63,724 nt of DNA, filler included, from Licmophora abbreviata (GCA_900291995.1; 12 parts of 12 records of this genome joined end to end with filler, not necessarily neighbours in it), one strand, 5' to 3'. Positions 46,997 through 59,475 are shown, counted from the first letter of the whole stretch. The notes: generated by a model not told the origin, from the sequence alone. A program made the numbers and translations.

Positions 46997-48060
46997 ATGC
47001 TGCTACATCGGTGCTTAGTCGCGCTTTTGATGACACTGTCTTCAGGGGAGCGAACTCTAGCTTTCTCCGTGTCTCCGAACGCAGTACGGCTAATAGACGA
47101 GGCGGCGGGGGCTACTGCGCGAAGACGTTCGCCGACCCCGCGACACTTCGTATCGCCGCGTCGGTCGACGTTGGCGACATCGTTGCGAGCGACGGCGATT
47201 GTGCCGGGGGATAGAGTCTTGGTTGTAGGTGGAACGGGTGGAGTGGGACAGCTTGTGACTAAAAAGCTGGCTAGCAGCTACAAGGTGCGGGTTACATCGA
47301 GAGATGTGACTCGTGGCCGGGAGACGGTCGACGACGATGCAGTAGATGTTGTGACGCTGGACTTAGTTTCCGATGACAACAGCAAGGCCCTGGAGGATGC
47401 ATTTAAGGGTGTGGCGGCTGTAGTTGTATCAGTCGGTACGACCGCGTTTCCTACTGGAAAGTGGAAAGGAGGGAATACACCTCAGGCGATTGACAAGGTT
47501 GCCGTCGACAAGATCGCCAAGGCGGCTGCGAACGTGGCTGGAATGAAGAAGATCGTCCTTCTCACCAGTGTCGGTGTGGACCGGACCAAGGAAATGCCAT
47601 TTTTGATCCTGAATCTCTTCGGGGTGCTTGACGCCAAGAGAAGTGGCGAACACTCAGTGATGGATGCCGCCAACAAAGGAGGTTTCGATTACGCCATAAT
47701 AAGACCGGGAAGACTGGTCGGCGGTCCCTATACCAATCCTGACGTCGCAAAGCTCCTGCAGATCGAAGGCGTGAGTTACGGTTTTTATTGTTACGACAAT
47801 CTGTTTTGCGCTGTACTCTTATGACTCTAACGCTTTTAGCGCATTTCGACTTTTCGACACAGGGAGCCGAGAATGGGGTGACGGTTGAAGTAGGCGACAG
47901 CTTACTGGGCGATTGCAAACGGGACGCGTGTGCCGAAGCGGTAATTCGTTGTTTGACGATGGACGAGTGCAAGAATCTAGCGTTCTCAATTGTGTCGAAT
48001 GAAGAAAAGGCTCTGTCAACAGATGATTGGAGTCGGGAGTTTACGCGAATGACCACCTAG
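46997..48060 (+). CDS. Plastid-targeted NAD(P)-binding atypical SDR (Tic62/Ycf39-like); intron 47771-47862
   Basis: Signal peptide ending TLAF, transit-like stretch, VLVVGGTGGVG, VGTTAFPT, LNLFGVLDAKR, IIRPGRLVGGP. Confidence 0.85.
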
Positions 48061-48135
48061 CTATGTAGATAGCGCCAGACAGGCTCATTATTTCTTTTCT
48101 ATCATCCCACATTCCCTCGTAGCAGCAATTCCTCC

Positions 48136-51083
48136 CTACTGGCCAAGGCTCGCCCCCCGAGGACTCACGGGCTTTCGAGCTGAGTTTCGCGAGAGGTCGC
48201 TCCCACCTCCAACTGAATGTTCACCCGGGCTTTGTGGTGCTTGAATGCTCGTCGCNNNNNNNNNNNNNNNNNNNNNNNNNNNNNNNNNNNNNNNNNNNNT
48301 TAATTAATTAANNNNNNNNNNNNNNNNNNNNNNNNNNNNNNNNNNNNNNNNNNNNGTCGCGATTGCCTGCGACGCCATCGGCTTTCTGATCAACTTTATA
48401 TCGCCCGTTCCCCCCATGGCCACAGCCTCCTCCTTCTTTTGAAGCGCCTCTTCTTCCAGACGCACCCTTGCCTTCTTGTGCTGCTCGACAATATTGTCGA
48501 AGCGCATCAAAAGTTGGCTGGTGAGAATCGCATCAGACGTGACGGCAGTGTCCTGCTCTGCTTCGAGCGTCGGACTGATTCCAATGTTGTCGCGAAGATT
48601 GCAGACAGTCGTGAGGCGATCGTTGAGCGATCGGAAAGCGTCACTCTGTGGAAGCAACATCAAGAGGCCGTACAGTGCCTTGAGCAGTGGAGCATGGTAC
48701 GGTGCATCAACATCCAACAGTTGCAGTCGAACGTGAACAAAAATCGGGCTCTCCAGCAGCTGTACCAACTTGTCAACCTGCATCAGAAAGCCGACACTTA
48801 CATCCAATTCTGTAAAGCGCTTGATGAGCTCAAATGATAGGTCGTAAGCTTGTGCAAGCAAACACAGCGAAAACGTCGACACGGGATTGTGGCACCAGCA
48901 GTGAAACAGAATCGAAAACACCTTGATACCGTCCCGTTCCTTGTTTCCCATTCGCCTTCGCGGAGATGCGCCTTTCCGGTGTTGGTCGAAGGTCTCGGCC
49001 AACGTCGAACGCAGCTCTTGTAGTTCCGACGCCGTCAATAATATCAAATTGAGAGTTTGAACCATGGTGCTTACAAACTCCAAAGCGTCAACCGTTGTTT
49101 CATCCCCATCCATTAACTGTGCTCCACCTTCTGCGTACTTTGACAAGGCTTCCGCCATACGAATGTATACGCTCTTAGCATTCAACAAGACGCAAAGTTT
49201 ACGGATGATCAACGACCCTCGAGTCTCCAGCAACTGCCGGTCCGTCGCAAAGAGTTGCAAAATAGCACTGAGCACCAACTGAAATTGAGCTTCCTCAACT
49301 TCTACCTCCCCTGCTCCCTCCATTTCTTCTCGTTGCGCCAGAGATATTCTTGACAAGACTCGCAGATTCAACAAGACGACAGCGTCACTCGGATCGGACA
49401 ATGTCCTCAATAAGACGGGCAACAAGTCTTGAATGAACTCCACCATGTCACCCTGTCGTTTCTCTAGCAGCATATTGATCCAGCGCAGCGATGCCATTTT
49501 CGTTGGAACATCCTCTTTCCCCAACAGCTCCTCCATGAGAGTATCCAACAAAGGACGCAACTCAAAGTCGCCAGCTGTATCTTTCACCAACGTGAGCAAA
49601 TCGTCATTAGTCCGTTCCGCGACGAGACGAATTTCGACTTCCCCGTCACTTAGGCAAGATAGGATGGCTCCCAATACCTGGGCATGGAACGGCAGCAGCG
49701 CATCGCCACCCGAATACGGGTGATGAATCAGTTCAGCCATCCACGTGATGGCAGTAAGTCGATTCAAGCGTTCCTTGGAATGACATTGCCCAACTAAGAT
49801 AGATACAATCGGACCGAACTCAACCACCCGACTGACACTGACCTCGCGAAGGAACTCGGACAGAGCCGCATCGGCCGCCTGGCGAATTTCGCGATTCGAG
49901 TCGCTGAGCATCTGCAAACGTACGAGTTGGAGGGAGGAAGTGATTACTAATTAGAGTTTGCGAAGGAAAGGCACGCGTAGGGCACCCCCGAACGATAACT
50001 TACATTCAACAGCCCATCCAGATAGTCCGGAAGATAGTCAATCATATTGACATCCGGAATACTATCCAACAATGTAATCCATCCCACCAATAGCTGACGA
50101 ATGAACGGGTTTGATCGTCGAATATACGTTTGTAATAATGGTAAGAACTGCTCCACATGAAAAGATTCACTTTCGGCGACAATGTCTTTCAGCATCCGAT
50201 CCAATAGATTGGCACCATTCTTTACATCGACATCAACATCGGCAAACACTTTCGCGAGACCTTCAAAGATACTGGGAAAGTAGGGTATGACACTTGATCG
50301 ACTCGCCTTGACGATATTGAATAACGATTCACACGCATAGTACCGAACACGCGCTTCGGGGTCATCGAAACAGTGCAGTACGGGCGGAAGCAAAATGTGT
50401 AACTGCTGCGAGCTCACTCCCATGAGTCCGGTGGCCGTCGCTGCCAATCCAAGCAGTCCGCCCTTGCGATAATTGGAGTTCATACTGGTACAAAAGTCTT
50501 TGGCTAGAACATTGATGACAGACACAATCATGTTGGTATTGTTGGTTTCTTGCAACGACTTGATGAGTGCCTCAATCTCCAAAGCCGCGTTCTTTCGTTT
50601 CTCATTCGATCGGTCGCCCAGAGATCGCTGCACCATGGGTGGAAGCGACGATTCGACACTGATCGATTGCTGCTGCTGCAAGGCAGAACTAGTGTTTGAC
50701 ATGGTACTTGCCGAAGAAGCTAGTGTGGTGGGATCCTCACCGGCAGTGGAAGATGGCCGCTGAAGCGTGGAGGCGGATGTGTGACTTGTTTTGGAATCTT
50801 GTCTGGAAATCGACTGATGCGGCAGTGAAGATCGAGCTTGCTGCGAGTCACTAGTCGCCGACTGTTGGATCGGTCCTTGTCGCTGGTGGGACGACTGACG
50901 AGACACCCGATCTTTACTACGGCGACGGTGAGAAGACGACTCTTGGCTGCCGGAGGTTGACATGGCAGCCCGCTCGTCGAGCGGAGCATCGTCGTGTTCT
51001 TCACCTCTTGATGACTGTTGCTCCGATCCATCCCACTTGCGACGCTCCGCGCGACGACTACGTCGACCCGCGTAGGCCGACAT
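48136..51083 (-). CDS. VAC14: VAC14 HEAT-repeat scaffold of the PI(3,5)P2 complex (intron 49912-50003; continues across gap 48256-48355)
   Basis: EKRKNAALEIE, RKGGLLGLAA, RVRYYACESLFN, LLETRGSLIIRKLC, WCHNPVST, QLLESPIFVHVRLQLL, LLMLLPQSDAF. The 5-bp flank overlap GTCGC continues the frame to a stop at 48136. Confidence 0.93.
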
Positions 51084-51429
51084 GATGATAGTGATGAGGA
51101 GCAGTGTTGTAAGGATAGCAAAAGCACCACCGCGTCGAGGCGACAATAACAATGATGAGTGGCTCTGGATATTTTTTGATTTGAGTGGCAAATTCAGAAT
51201 GCAAGAGATGCCAAGATGCGGCTGGCACCCGCGCGTCATGTGAAGCGCGCGTGAAGGATTGATTCTCTCAACACACCGAATTTGTGAAACAGAACAAAAA
51301 GTCGACGACCGTCGCCGATGACGCACGTTGTGGTAGTCGCCTCCGTTGCAACGTTCCGCATTCATCTAGTCGCCTTACAGTTCACAAAAGCTCAAAGAGG
51401 GTTATGTCCCGTCGAAGTTTCCAGATAAA

Positions 51430-52157
51430 ATGAGCCTCCCTTCTAAGAAAACTTGGATTTTTCTGTCAGTCATTCTACTGCTAACAATCACTGCCAATAA
51501 TGCCTTTCTCGTCGGAAAGAATCGAGCACGACAAGTCACAATTGTGAAGAGAGTGAGTCGATCGCTCGCTTCCAGTGGAGATAGCACTGGCGGACCCACC
51601 TCCGACAATTTTGGCGACTCGGAATCTCCCGGTATTCCTCAGCTTCCAGCAATTGGCGGCTCTTCCTTTTGCGCGGAGTCAATGCAGCAAGCACCGAGTA
51701 CGGTGGCGGCCACTGCCAATTCGACCGACACATCGACAGCCTTTGTAGGACACAAGTTTGAGTTACAATACACATGCAAGATTTGTGATACGCGTAACTC
51801 CCACAGAGTGTCGAGAATTGGTAAGAATCTGCGATGAGTGCGCGCGCATGCATATCCATGAGTGTCGTACAATCGGCTGACCAAAAGCCGTTCTTCCTGA
51901 TCGCAGCGTATCGCAACGGTGTCGTTATAGCCATCTGTAAGGGGTGTGATAGCCAGCACTTGATTGCCGATAATCTAGGATGGACCGATTACGAAGGCGG
52001 CTTTCAAGATGACAACACTATTGAAGAATTTTTGGCGACACGGGGCCAAGCGCATGACGTGAACCGAGTATCGCCGGACGTGTTCCACTTAGAAAAGTTG
52101 CTTGAGTATGACGGGAAGACAATTGTCAGTGACGATGGCAATCCAGCTATGGAGTGA
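51430..52157 (+). CDS. DNL-type zinc-finger Hsp70 escort protein (HEP/Zim17-like), probably plastid-targeted; intron 51821-51906
   Basis: YTCKIC..R..AYRNGVVIAICKGC..HLIADNLGW, with a signal peptide ending NNAF. Confidence 0.9.
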
Positions 52158-52666
52158 TTACAAGCTATCAGTGACGGAGAAACGACGTACGACAAGAATG
52201 TGTCAGTCGCAATTACGAAGCGGGTGGTTGGGGGAGGAGAAGCACCTCCTAGTTGTAGATTTGAATGCTTCTAGTAGACCCTAAGGTTTGCATATGCCTT
52301 TGGATTAGATTGCTCCTGGGGATAAGGCGAGAATTGATGAAGAGGAGAGCGCCCCCCTTCCGTCCACGTGTTCGGGTTGCGGGCTTCGAGATGTCTTCGT
52401 TGCGGTTTCAACGTAGCGGCGAGCAGACGTTTGGTCTGGCATTCTGTCCATTTTCATAACCGGCGAGGGAGGATCTTCTCATTCTAGGATCCAGACCATG
52501 ACCGAATTACAGGTAGAGATCAATGTTTTGGTAGGCTGCGAGAGGAATGATATTGTTTGTGGTGCCTGTACTACGTCCAGTGATTCATTCATCCACAATG
52601 CTATGATTGTATCCCATAAATTAGTGTATAAATAGTTTATGGTATCTTCTTTGACCAGCGAAGCAA

Positions 52667-52672
52667 GTCGCA

Positions 52673-52712
<40 letters not shown>

Positions 52713-52739
52713 CCCTGTGTTCGATTCACAGTTGCGACA
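52667..52739 (+). tRNA. tRNA-Phe (GAA)
   Basis: 73-nt cloverleaf: GTCGCAA/TTGCGAC acceptor stem, TAGCTCAGTTGG D-arm, CTGAAGA anticodon loop, GTTCGATTC T-loop. TATAAATA lies ~40 bp upstream. Confidence 0.97.
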
Positions 52740-52743
52740 CTTC

Positions 52744-52750
52744 TTTTTTT
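52744..52750 (+). terminator. RNA polymerase III T-run terminator
   Basis: T7 run a few bases after the tRNA 3' end. Confidence 0.75.
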
Positions 52751-52897
52751 GCCAGTGGTTGGGTTGGTCTGTACAAGCGGCCGATTGCCTCCTAAATTGT
52801 TGAAGACAAAAAGAGCACCTCTCAGTGCTGTAAGCGACGTTTAGATAAGATACTAAGAATGTAGCCCCTGGCATATGGCCATCGTACTGTTATTTAC

Positions 52898-54472
52898 TTA
52901 GCTATCATTATCGCTGCTCTCGTCTGATGGGGAGTCGTCGCTGAACTCGACAGAAGGGTCTCTGTTAGTCTCCTTTTGGGAGCTTTGCTCGCTGTCCTGT
53001 TCTAGCTGCTCAGCCGTCTCTACGTTGTCAGCAACGAAAGGACTCAACCGCGCCAGCGTAATAAGGACGGCCTCCTCGGTACGAATGGTTCGGCTTCCCT
53101 GAAAGGGACAGGTGTTGACCCTAAAAGAAGTGGAAAGCGGGTGGTGAGAGTTCATAGTACGTCTAACCAGCATAGTAAGATACACAATCAGCGCGTACCA
53201 CATGTCAAACAGTTTCCTGCTCTCGGATCCTGGCATCTTGAGCGTTTCATCTGCATCGACACACTCTTCAATACCTGCTACGCCTCCAAACATAACCAAT
53301 GCGTGTCGAAACGAAGGCACCGAGAACTTCTTCTCGTCTACTGTGATGTCCCCTCGCTCACTTGTTCCAATTTTCAAGTCGTAACCCCCTGTGAACGGAC
53401 AATCGTTGAAGACAGCGTGGATGGACTCGGCCAATCGAGTCGAGTACCCCCAGTATGTGCCATTGTCCTCACGCGGCGCCGATGGCGACACAACTGTGCC
53501 TCGTATCCTCCCTGTCATGCCGTACACCTTTGGATCCAGCTGCACGGTGCATCGAATGCCCGTTGTCAACAGACGATCGATTCTGGAAGTAGAAGAATGG
53601 TCCAGCGTAAGTTGCTGTCGCCACACTCGAAATTAGTACACATCAAATATCACTTACTCAACGGGCCGTGCTCGTATCCCACAGTTCACAAGAGATTTGC
53701 CGTCCGGCCCTGTCTTGTTGAGTACAACGCCCTCGCGATACTTGCTCCGGTCTTCAGCACGAACATGGTGCGGCGCGTCGATCGGCGAAAGCAATCCAGC
53801 AAACTGCAAGTCGGGATGCATTGGAAAGAAATGCCGCCGGAGATACTGAGGACATTCGCAGTACTGCAAAACACGAGCCATGAATGTGTGCGGGTCTGAA
53901 CTCTTAGGACGCTCGCGATCAGGAAATGCCTTGTCATCGTCTACTGTTCCGCGGTCGAGGTTGTTCTCGGACCCCTTGGTCTCATTGTCTCGCCGACGAC
54001 CAGATCGCCCATGAAAATAACCTCCACGATCACTCCTATTAGCTTTAGCAAGCTTATCGTCAAAAACAATGATTTCATCGACATGGTAAACCGCAGCGGC
54101 TCTTGCAATCTGTCCAACCAGATGTGTCTTGAGCTCCCGCGTTTGACAGTTCGACACGACACTTCCTGGAATAGCGATACTGAGCGTTGACATTCGAGGT
54201 CTGTTGCGACAGGGCACATGTTCCATGACTCGCCCGAACCTGTGAGGCTGACCGCCGGCATGATGGGGACGGCTGGTGCGCGGGCCGCCACTGCGATGTT
54301 CTTTGCGAGCGGTATTCGCATGAGTGTTTCTGCCGGGACCTTGATCCTTCTTCTCGCTCTTTCGGGGGCGAACTCCACCAGAGTCTTCAATTCGTTTACG
54401 CTTGAGGTGGCGGGCCTCTTCTTTTCTCTTGCGACGCGATGCAGCGTCCTCCGCAGGCTCCTCCTCCATCAT
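52898..54472 (-). CDS. SPOUT1: SPOUT methyltransferase SPOUT1/C9orf114 (CENP-32) family (introns ~53583-53657, ~53121-53198)
   Basis: TLSIAIPGSVV, GQIARAAAVYHVDEI, YCECPQYLRR, DAPHH, YWGY, IGTSERG, NTCPFQGSRTIRTEEAV. Confidence 0.92.
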
Positions 54473-54777
54473 GGTGTGGCTAATATGGGTCTCTTGGATC
54501 GATTTTGCAGGGGGGCGAGCAAAACATTCGTGGTCACGACGAGATGATTGAATGCAGGGGTGGTGCGAAGGACGTACCGTCTGGGCGTGTCCCCCCTTTG
54601 TGTGGTCAGTCGTCGGTTCGACAATCGATGCAGGTTTATCTCATCCGTTCGAAATGTNNNNNNNNNNNNNNNNNNNNNNNNNNNNNNNNNNNNNNNNNNN
54701 NTTAATTAATTAANNNNNNNNNNNNNNNNNNNNNNNNNNNNNNNNNNNNNNNNNNNNTACAAACCTATATATTCTCA

Positions 54778-55707
54778 TCACGCAAGGTAACTTGGGTGTT
54801 CGTATTCCGTAGCTTCACATGTTGCCGCAATGACCGCGTAACACTTGTCGAGATCAAAGACGTCGATCTCATTCTTGTTGCTGCGCAAACTGCTTTCCAT
54901 GTCGATCCAAATATCATGTCCCGCTCCCGCTTTCAACACATCCTGTAATACGCTCTGAATATTGTCGGGTCCAATGCCCCCTGCATATCCGATACGACAC
55001 TCTGACGGTGGCGGTGGCCAGCTTGTCGCCAAAACGCCCGTACCCATGGACTCGTCGATGAGCATGGACACGTTGGGAGGCAACCCTGCATCTGAAAAAT
55101 GTCGCAAAACTCCTTCCCAGAGAGGTCGTGTTTCGCTGTTCTTTTGCAATATGAACTCAAGCTGGGGAAACCGCTGTATCACAGTAGCAAATACACCAAC
55201 TGATTCGGCAAGTCTGGAAGTGTCGACACCATTTACCGCAGTTGCATTGATTTGGACCCGTTGAAAGCCCCAGTCGTACAGCCTTGCCAAGAAGTTCGAT
55301 CCATCTCCCTCCAAGACTTCATTCACTCTTGTTCCGCACAAATGAGCAGCCAACTTCATATGACTTCGTTTCGCCACTACAGATAGTCGATCGACCCATT
55401 CTTTCGAAGCGTAGCGCGGTTCACCTTCCTGCGAGACGCAGTTGAGGCGACGTGACATATTGATGAGATTTTTTTAACAGAAATTACATCGTCTCGCTTT
55501 CCCTCGTACCTTGTCCGGCCGAAACAAAACACCGAACTCAACAAAGGGATAGGCTTGAGTGATCATGCCCAGTTGGTTCGGGTGCACCGAATCATCCGCT
55601 CCACAAAATCCCAAGGCACGAAGTTTGGTCGTCTTGACACGTGGCTTCTTTGTAGAAGACGGTGTCAACGATGCTCCATCGTCGTCGCTGATGTTGTTGG
55701 TCGCCAT
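54778..55707 (-). CDS. TrpF/PRAI-like TIM-barrel protein of unknown function (intron 55429-55509)
   Basis: GFCGADDSV, YPFVEFGVL, PRY, AAHLCG, RVQINAT, LIDESMGTG, GYAGGIGPDN, WIDMESSLR. Confidence 0.7.
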
Positions 55708-56082
55708 GGTCGTCAAGGAGCCTAATTCGCCGGTCGTCGCATGCAAAAGGCCTGATGGCGCCGGCATCATCATTGCAATGATTGTTTAACAGTTAAGGTG
55801 AATTTTGATATGAGTAATACAAGATCGCGTCTTATTCGTCCAAGTTTCGTCTGGCCTTCCCACCGCGCGAGTAATGCATCCCATGCCGCGCGCTGCGGCT
55901 CGCGCAGCCGATGACCGTAGAAATCTCTTCAGCATCGACACATTGAATTGTCCACCAACCATCACCACTGTACCTCGGCAGTCCCACTCACTCCTTCGCC
56001 ATCGCTCTTCCTCTTGCATATCGACTCACTTCCGTCAGCTTTGCCATACTCCAATCGCTCACGCCTCAAAACTAGAGAAACC

Positions 56083-56756
56083 ATGAGTACAACCGAAGAA
56101 GAAAGCGTCACGTCGCCCCCGACGACCGACACGGAGCCACAGCAGGAAGAAAGCACCGGTAGCCCCGACAAGAAGCCAGAGGAGGACACTGACTCGAAAC
56201 CAGCCGAAGAGATTAGCAAAACAGACGATTCAAGCCCGACTGAAGAAGACGAAGAAGCAAAGAAAAAGAGCGACGAGGATGCCGGTGAACTTACGCGTCG
56301 CTTGCAGAAACTCGCTCTTGAACGACAAAAAGAGAACCGGCACGATCGGCTTCGCGTCATTCAGGCCAACGCGGCATCGCACTTGTCTTCAGCAAAGACG
56401 TTCCAGGAACTTGACCTCCCCAAGCACTTGTTGGATGCTATCTTTGCAATGGGGTTCGATCGTCCCTCGGCTATCCAGGAGGAAGCGCTGCCTCGTATCT
56501 TGGCGGACCCTCCTCACAATGTCATTGGACAAGCGCAGTCGGGATCAGGCAAGACGGCGGCGTTCGTCTTGGGTATGCTGTATCGTATCGAAGTCAACAC
56601 GCCGGCAACGACCCAAGCACTGTGTGTGACGCCGACCCGTGAACTCGCGGTGCAGATTTTCCAAAAGGCTGTCGCTCCCATGGCGGCCAACATGAAGGGA
56701 CTCAAGGTGCAGTTGGCTCTTGCCGGTGAACAAGTCGCTCGGGGAGAAACGATTGA
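56083..56756 (+). CDS. DBP5: DEAD-box RNA helicase DBP5/DDX19, 5' part (truncated by gap)
   Basis: TFQELDL, MGFDRPSAIQEEALP, NVIGQAQSGSGKTAAF, PTRELA. Confidence 0.88.
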
Positions 56757-56856
56757 NNNNNNNNNNNNNNNNNNNNNNNNNNNNNNNNNNNNNNNNNNNN
56801 TTAATTAATTAANNNNNNNNNNNNNNNNNNNNNNNNNNNNNNNNNNNNNNNNNNNN

Positions 56857-57646
56857 CGTTGCAGAATCCCCCGAAACAGAGAAGCCGTGTTCCTTCATCG
56901 TCGTCACCTTCGACTGCATCTCCTTCAGGGAACGCGACGTCGTCCGGGGTTCCATCGTCCACGATGGCAGTAGCGCGAAGACTTGTAGCATCCTCATTAT
57001 TGTCATCTGGTGGTGGAGGTGGAATCAGATCTTCGTCGTCAGGGGTCGGAGCATCCGAATCATCATCCATGTCGGCCGTGACCGGCATCAACGGACTGTC
57101 CTCGGCGGCCTGTGGCACAACGATATCGTCCTCCTCCTGCTCCGCAAAATTGGCACGAACATCTTCAGGAGACGCAGGGATATCTTCCTCTTCGGGCGTC
57201 GCTGCAAGTTTGGGCGTGGGTGGAAGCGTTGACACGCGGCTCATTTCCGACGGACTAAATTCGCTGCCATCTGCAGTCTTGTGCATGCCCGACAAGAAAC
57301 GAGTGGTTTTGTCCTTTTCCGCAGTTTCACCTCCCGAAGACGCAGCCGATGCCACCCCACGCAACGAGAATCGAGGCTTGATAGAGCGCTTCTGGGAAGT
57401 GCCCTTCTGCACAGTGTCCTTTTTATTGCTGGGCTTCAAGACTCTCTTCTTGTTGGCTTTGACATCACTTTCGGCGGTCACAGGCGTCTCGGCGGATTCC
57501 CAGAACGATTCAACGTCTTCCATTCCATCTCCTTCCCGCGCGATCGATCCTTTCTTCCCAAAGGCGACTCCGGGACGTTTGCCGCGCATGGATGTCATGG
57601 TTCGGGCGACAGCCAACGACGGAGACGTCGACACCTTGCCGCTCAT
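56857..57646 (-). CDS. Low-complexity acidic protein, possible CENP-C/Mif2 N-terminal part (truncated by gap)
   Basis: RGKRPG...REGDGMEDVESFW resembles the Mif2/CENP-C N-terminal motif and is followed by S/T-P and acidic disorder. Confidence 0.45.
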
Positions 57647-57959
57647 GGTCCAGACCGCTTTTTGTGCGACGGAGAGCCTCGCTTCCTTCCTTGCATCACT
57701 ACGTAGGCTTATGGTAGAAAGCTACAGAAACGTATCCGTCGTAGGAAATATACCGTCATCCACGTGAAAAAGTCGGCGCGATGAGACAAACCGATCTACA
57801 GCCATTAGAACTGCATTCAAGAATCAAATTTTGAATCACGAGCCTGGACTGACTCGAGTGCGCGTTTGGGCCTTTCCACCCAAGTCTCTTGGGATGACCA
57901 TGAGATGCTGGCAAGGGCGAGAACGCGATCAACGGCTCTGGCATTGAGCACTCCAAGAC

Positions 57960-58505
57960 ATGAGGAACTTACTTTTTCGAGCGCTTGCGAATAACACGTC
58001 AATGCTTGTCATGTTAATAACTCTTTTAGTATGGCGCTTGCCAAGCAGCGCCTCGAATCCTACCGCAGAATGTTTCCCATTGGCGGCCGATCCCAACAGC
58101 TTCACGTGCGTGGACACGACCGAATACAAAGAAGTCGAAGAATCATCGGCATGTCAAGATCAGAATGGCGAATGCGCCAAATGGGCTCGCCTCGGAGAAT
58201 GCAAGAAGAACCCTGTATACATGCTGCCGAATTGCCGAGACAGTTGCAACTCGTGTCTTGATCTGCACGTTGGCGAGACACAGGCTGTCCCCGAAGTCCG
58301 GTGGCGACAGGCGATTCTCGGCAAGTTGTACGAAACACGGACCTATATTTACGAGACGGCAAGTTCGCACTCGGGAATGTTCCATAAATGCCGAAATGAA
58401 CACCCCATGTGTACGTATTGGTCGCTCACGGGCGACTGTGTCAACAATGCCGGATTCATGCAGTTGTCGTGCCGCGCGGCCTGTCAAACATGTCATAGCA
58501 AGTAA
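57960..58505 (+). CDS. Small secreted protein with two ShK domains
   Basis: Signal-like segment, then CQDQNGECAKWARLGECKKNPVYMLPNCRDSCNSC and CRNEHPMCTYWSLTGDCVNNAGFMQLSCRAACQTC. Confidence 0.85.
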   Translation: MRNLLFRALANNTSMLVMLITLLVWRLPSSASNPTAECFPLAADPNSFTCVDTTEYKEVEESSACQDQNGECAKWARLGECKKNPVYMLPNCRDSCNSCLDLHVGETQAVPEVRWRQAILGKLYETRTYIYETASSHSGMFHKCRNEHPMCTYWSLTGDCVNNAGFMQLSCRAACQTCHSK

Positions 58506-58637
58506 GATTGTATACCTACGAGTAATGTAGAGAGTTACAGATCGCAATTCTACACTCTGTTTATTGACACCGATCTGTGGTTGCCGGAAGCGATCAAACG
58601 CAGATCATCCGCCGTATCGTCACGGGACTTTAGCTAG

Positions 58638-59375
58638 CTAACGCGGACGTTTTCGTGAGCCCGTCCGTCGCGGTGACGCCTTCTGCTTCATCAGATTTCT
58701 TCGTCGTTGATGCAACTTGACATATCCATCTGGGTCCATCAAGACGTGGAGCAACGTCTTGGGATCGTGCAATTTGTCGCTGCCTTGAATATCCAAGAAA
58801 TAGTACATATCACGATCGACTGCCTTGAGGCGCAAGTGACCATGAAATTCAGCAAGACTTGTCTCTGTATTCTCCAACAGCTGCTTGGACTCTGATGACG
58901 AGACGTTCAGTGTAATCTCTCCCACATTGTACACTGGACCAAACGGAGTCGGGTGAATCAGTGGCAAGTCGTGTACGGTGATGAGGAGCTGGGGCTTGGA
59001 GCCATTCTCTGGATTATCCTGGAGCGCCACTCGCGAAATGAGATTCTTGGGATAGAGCAAAGAAACGAAGTTCAATCCTGCGGCACACGCCAGTCCAATG
59101 TAGCCCAAGTATGGGTCCACGTGCAAGTCTGGGATGGCTGCCAAGTTCAGCGCGGGAGCGAAATCGAAGACGTACCAAGTCCAATACAAAGAGTTGAACG
59201 TAGTGCCTGCCAGAAGCGACCGAGGCAGCATATTCCGACTCTTGTCGCGTTCATACAATTCAATCCGCTTGCTGGGAGCGGCGCTGTGCGATGTGGGGGA
59301 GACATCACTGGATGATGAGCGCGGCCGTGGTTGTGCGTCAGAAGCAAAACATTGAAAGATGCTGCGATGGAAAGG
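58638..59375 (-). CDS. Hypothetical membrane protein, probably mitochondrial; start lost in gap
   Basis: The frame is open from the gap, with an S/R-rich leader, two hydrophobic segments and a basic tail. Confidence 0.6.
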   Translation of the reverse strand, partial: PFHRSIFQCFASDAQPRPRSSSSDVSPTSHSAAPSKRIELYERDKSRNMLPRSLLAGTTFNSLYWTWYVFDFAPALNLAAIPDLHVDPYLGYIGLACAAGLNFVSLLYPKNLISRVALQDNPENGSKPQLLITVHDLPLIHPTPFGPVYNVGEITLNVSSSESKQLLENTETSLAEFHGHLRLKAVDRDMYYFLDIQGSDKLHDPKTLLHVLMDPDGYVKLHQRRRNLMKQKASPRRTGSRKRPR

Positions 59376-59475
59376 NNNNNNNNNNNNNNNNNNNNNNNNN
59401 NNNNNNNNNNNNNNNNNNNTTAATTAATTAANNNNNNNNNNNNNNNNNNNNNNNNNNNNNNNNNNNNNNNNNNNN

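Noticed and set aside
52160..52620. Possible additional ncRNA upstream of the tRNA
   Set aside because: I could not identify snRNA or snoRNA boxes or a convincing stem structure.
42475..57646. A chromosome-segregation cluster (SMC2, SPOUT1/CENP-32, CENP-C candidate)
   Set aside because: The genes are separated by unrelated genes and three assembly gaps, and one call is tentative.
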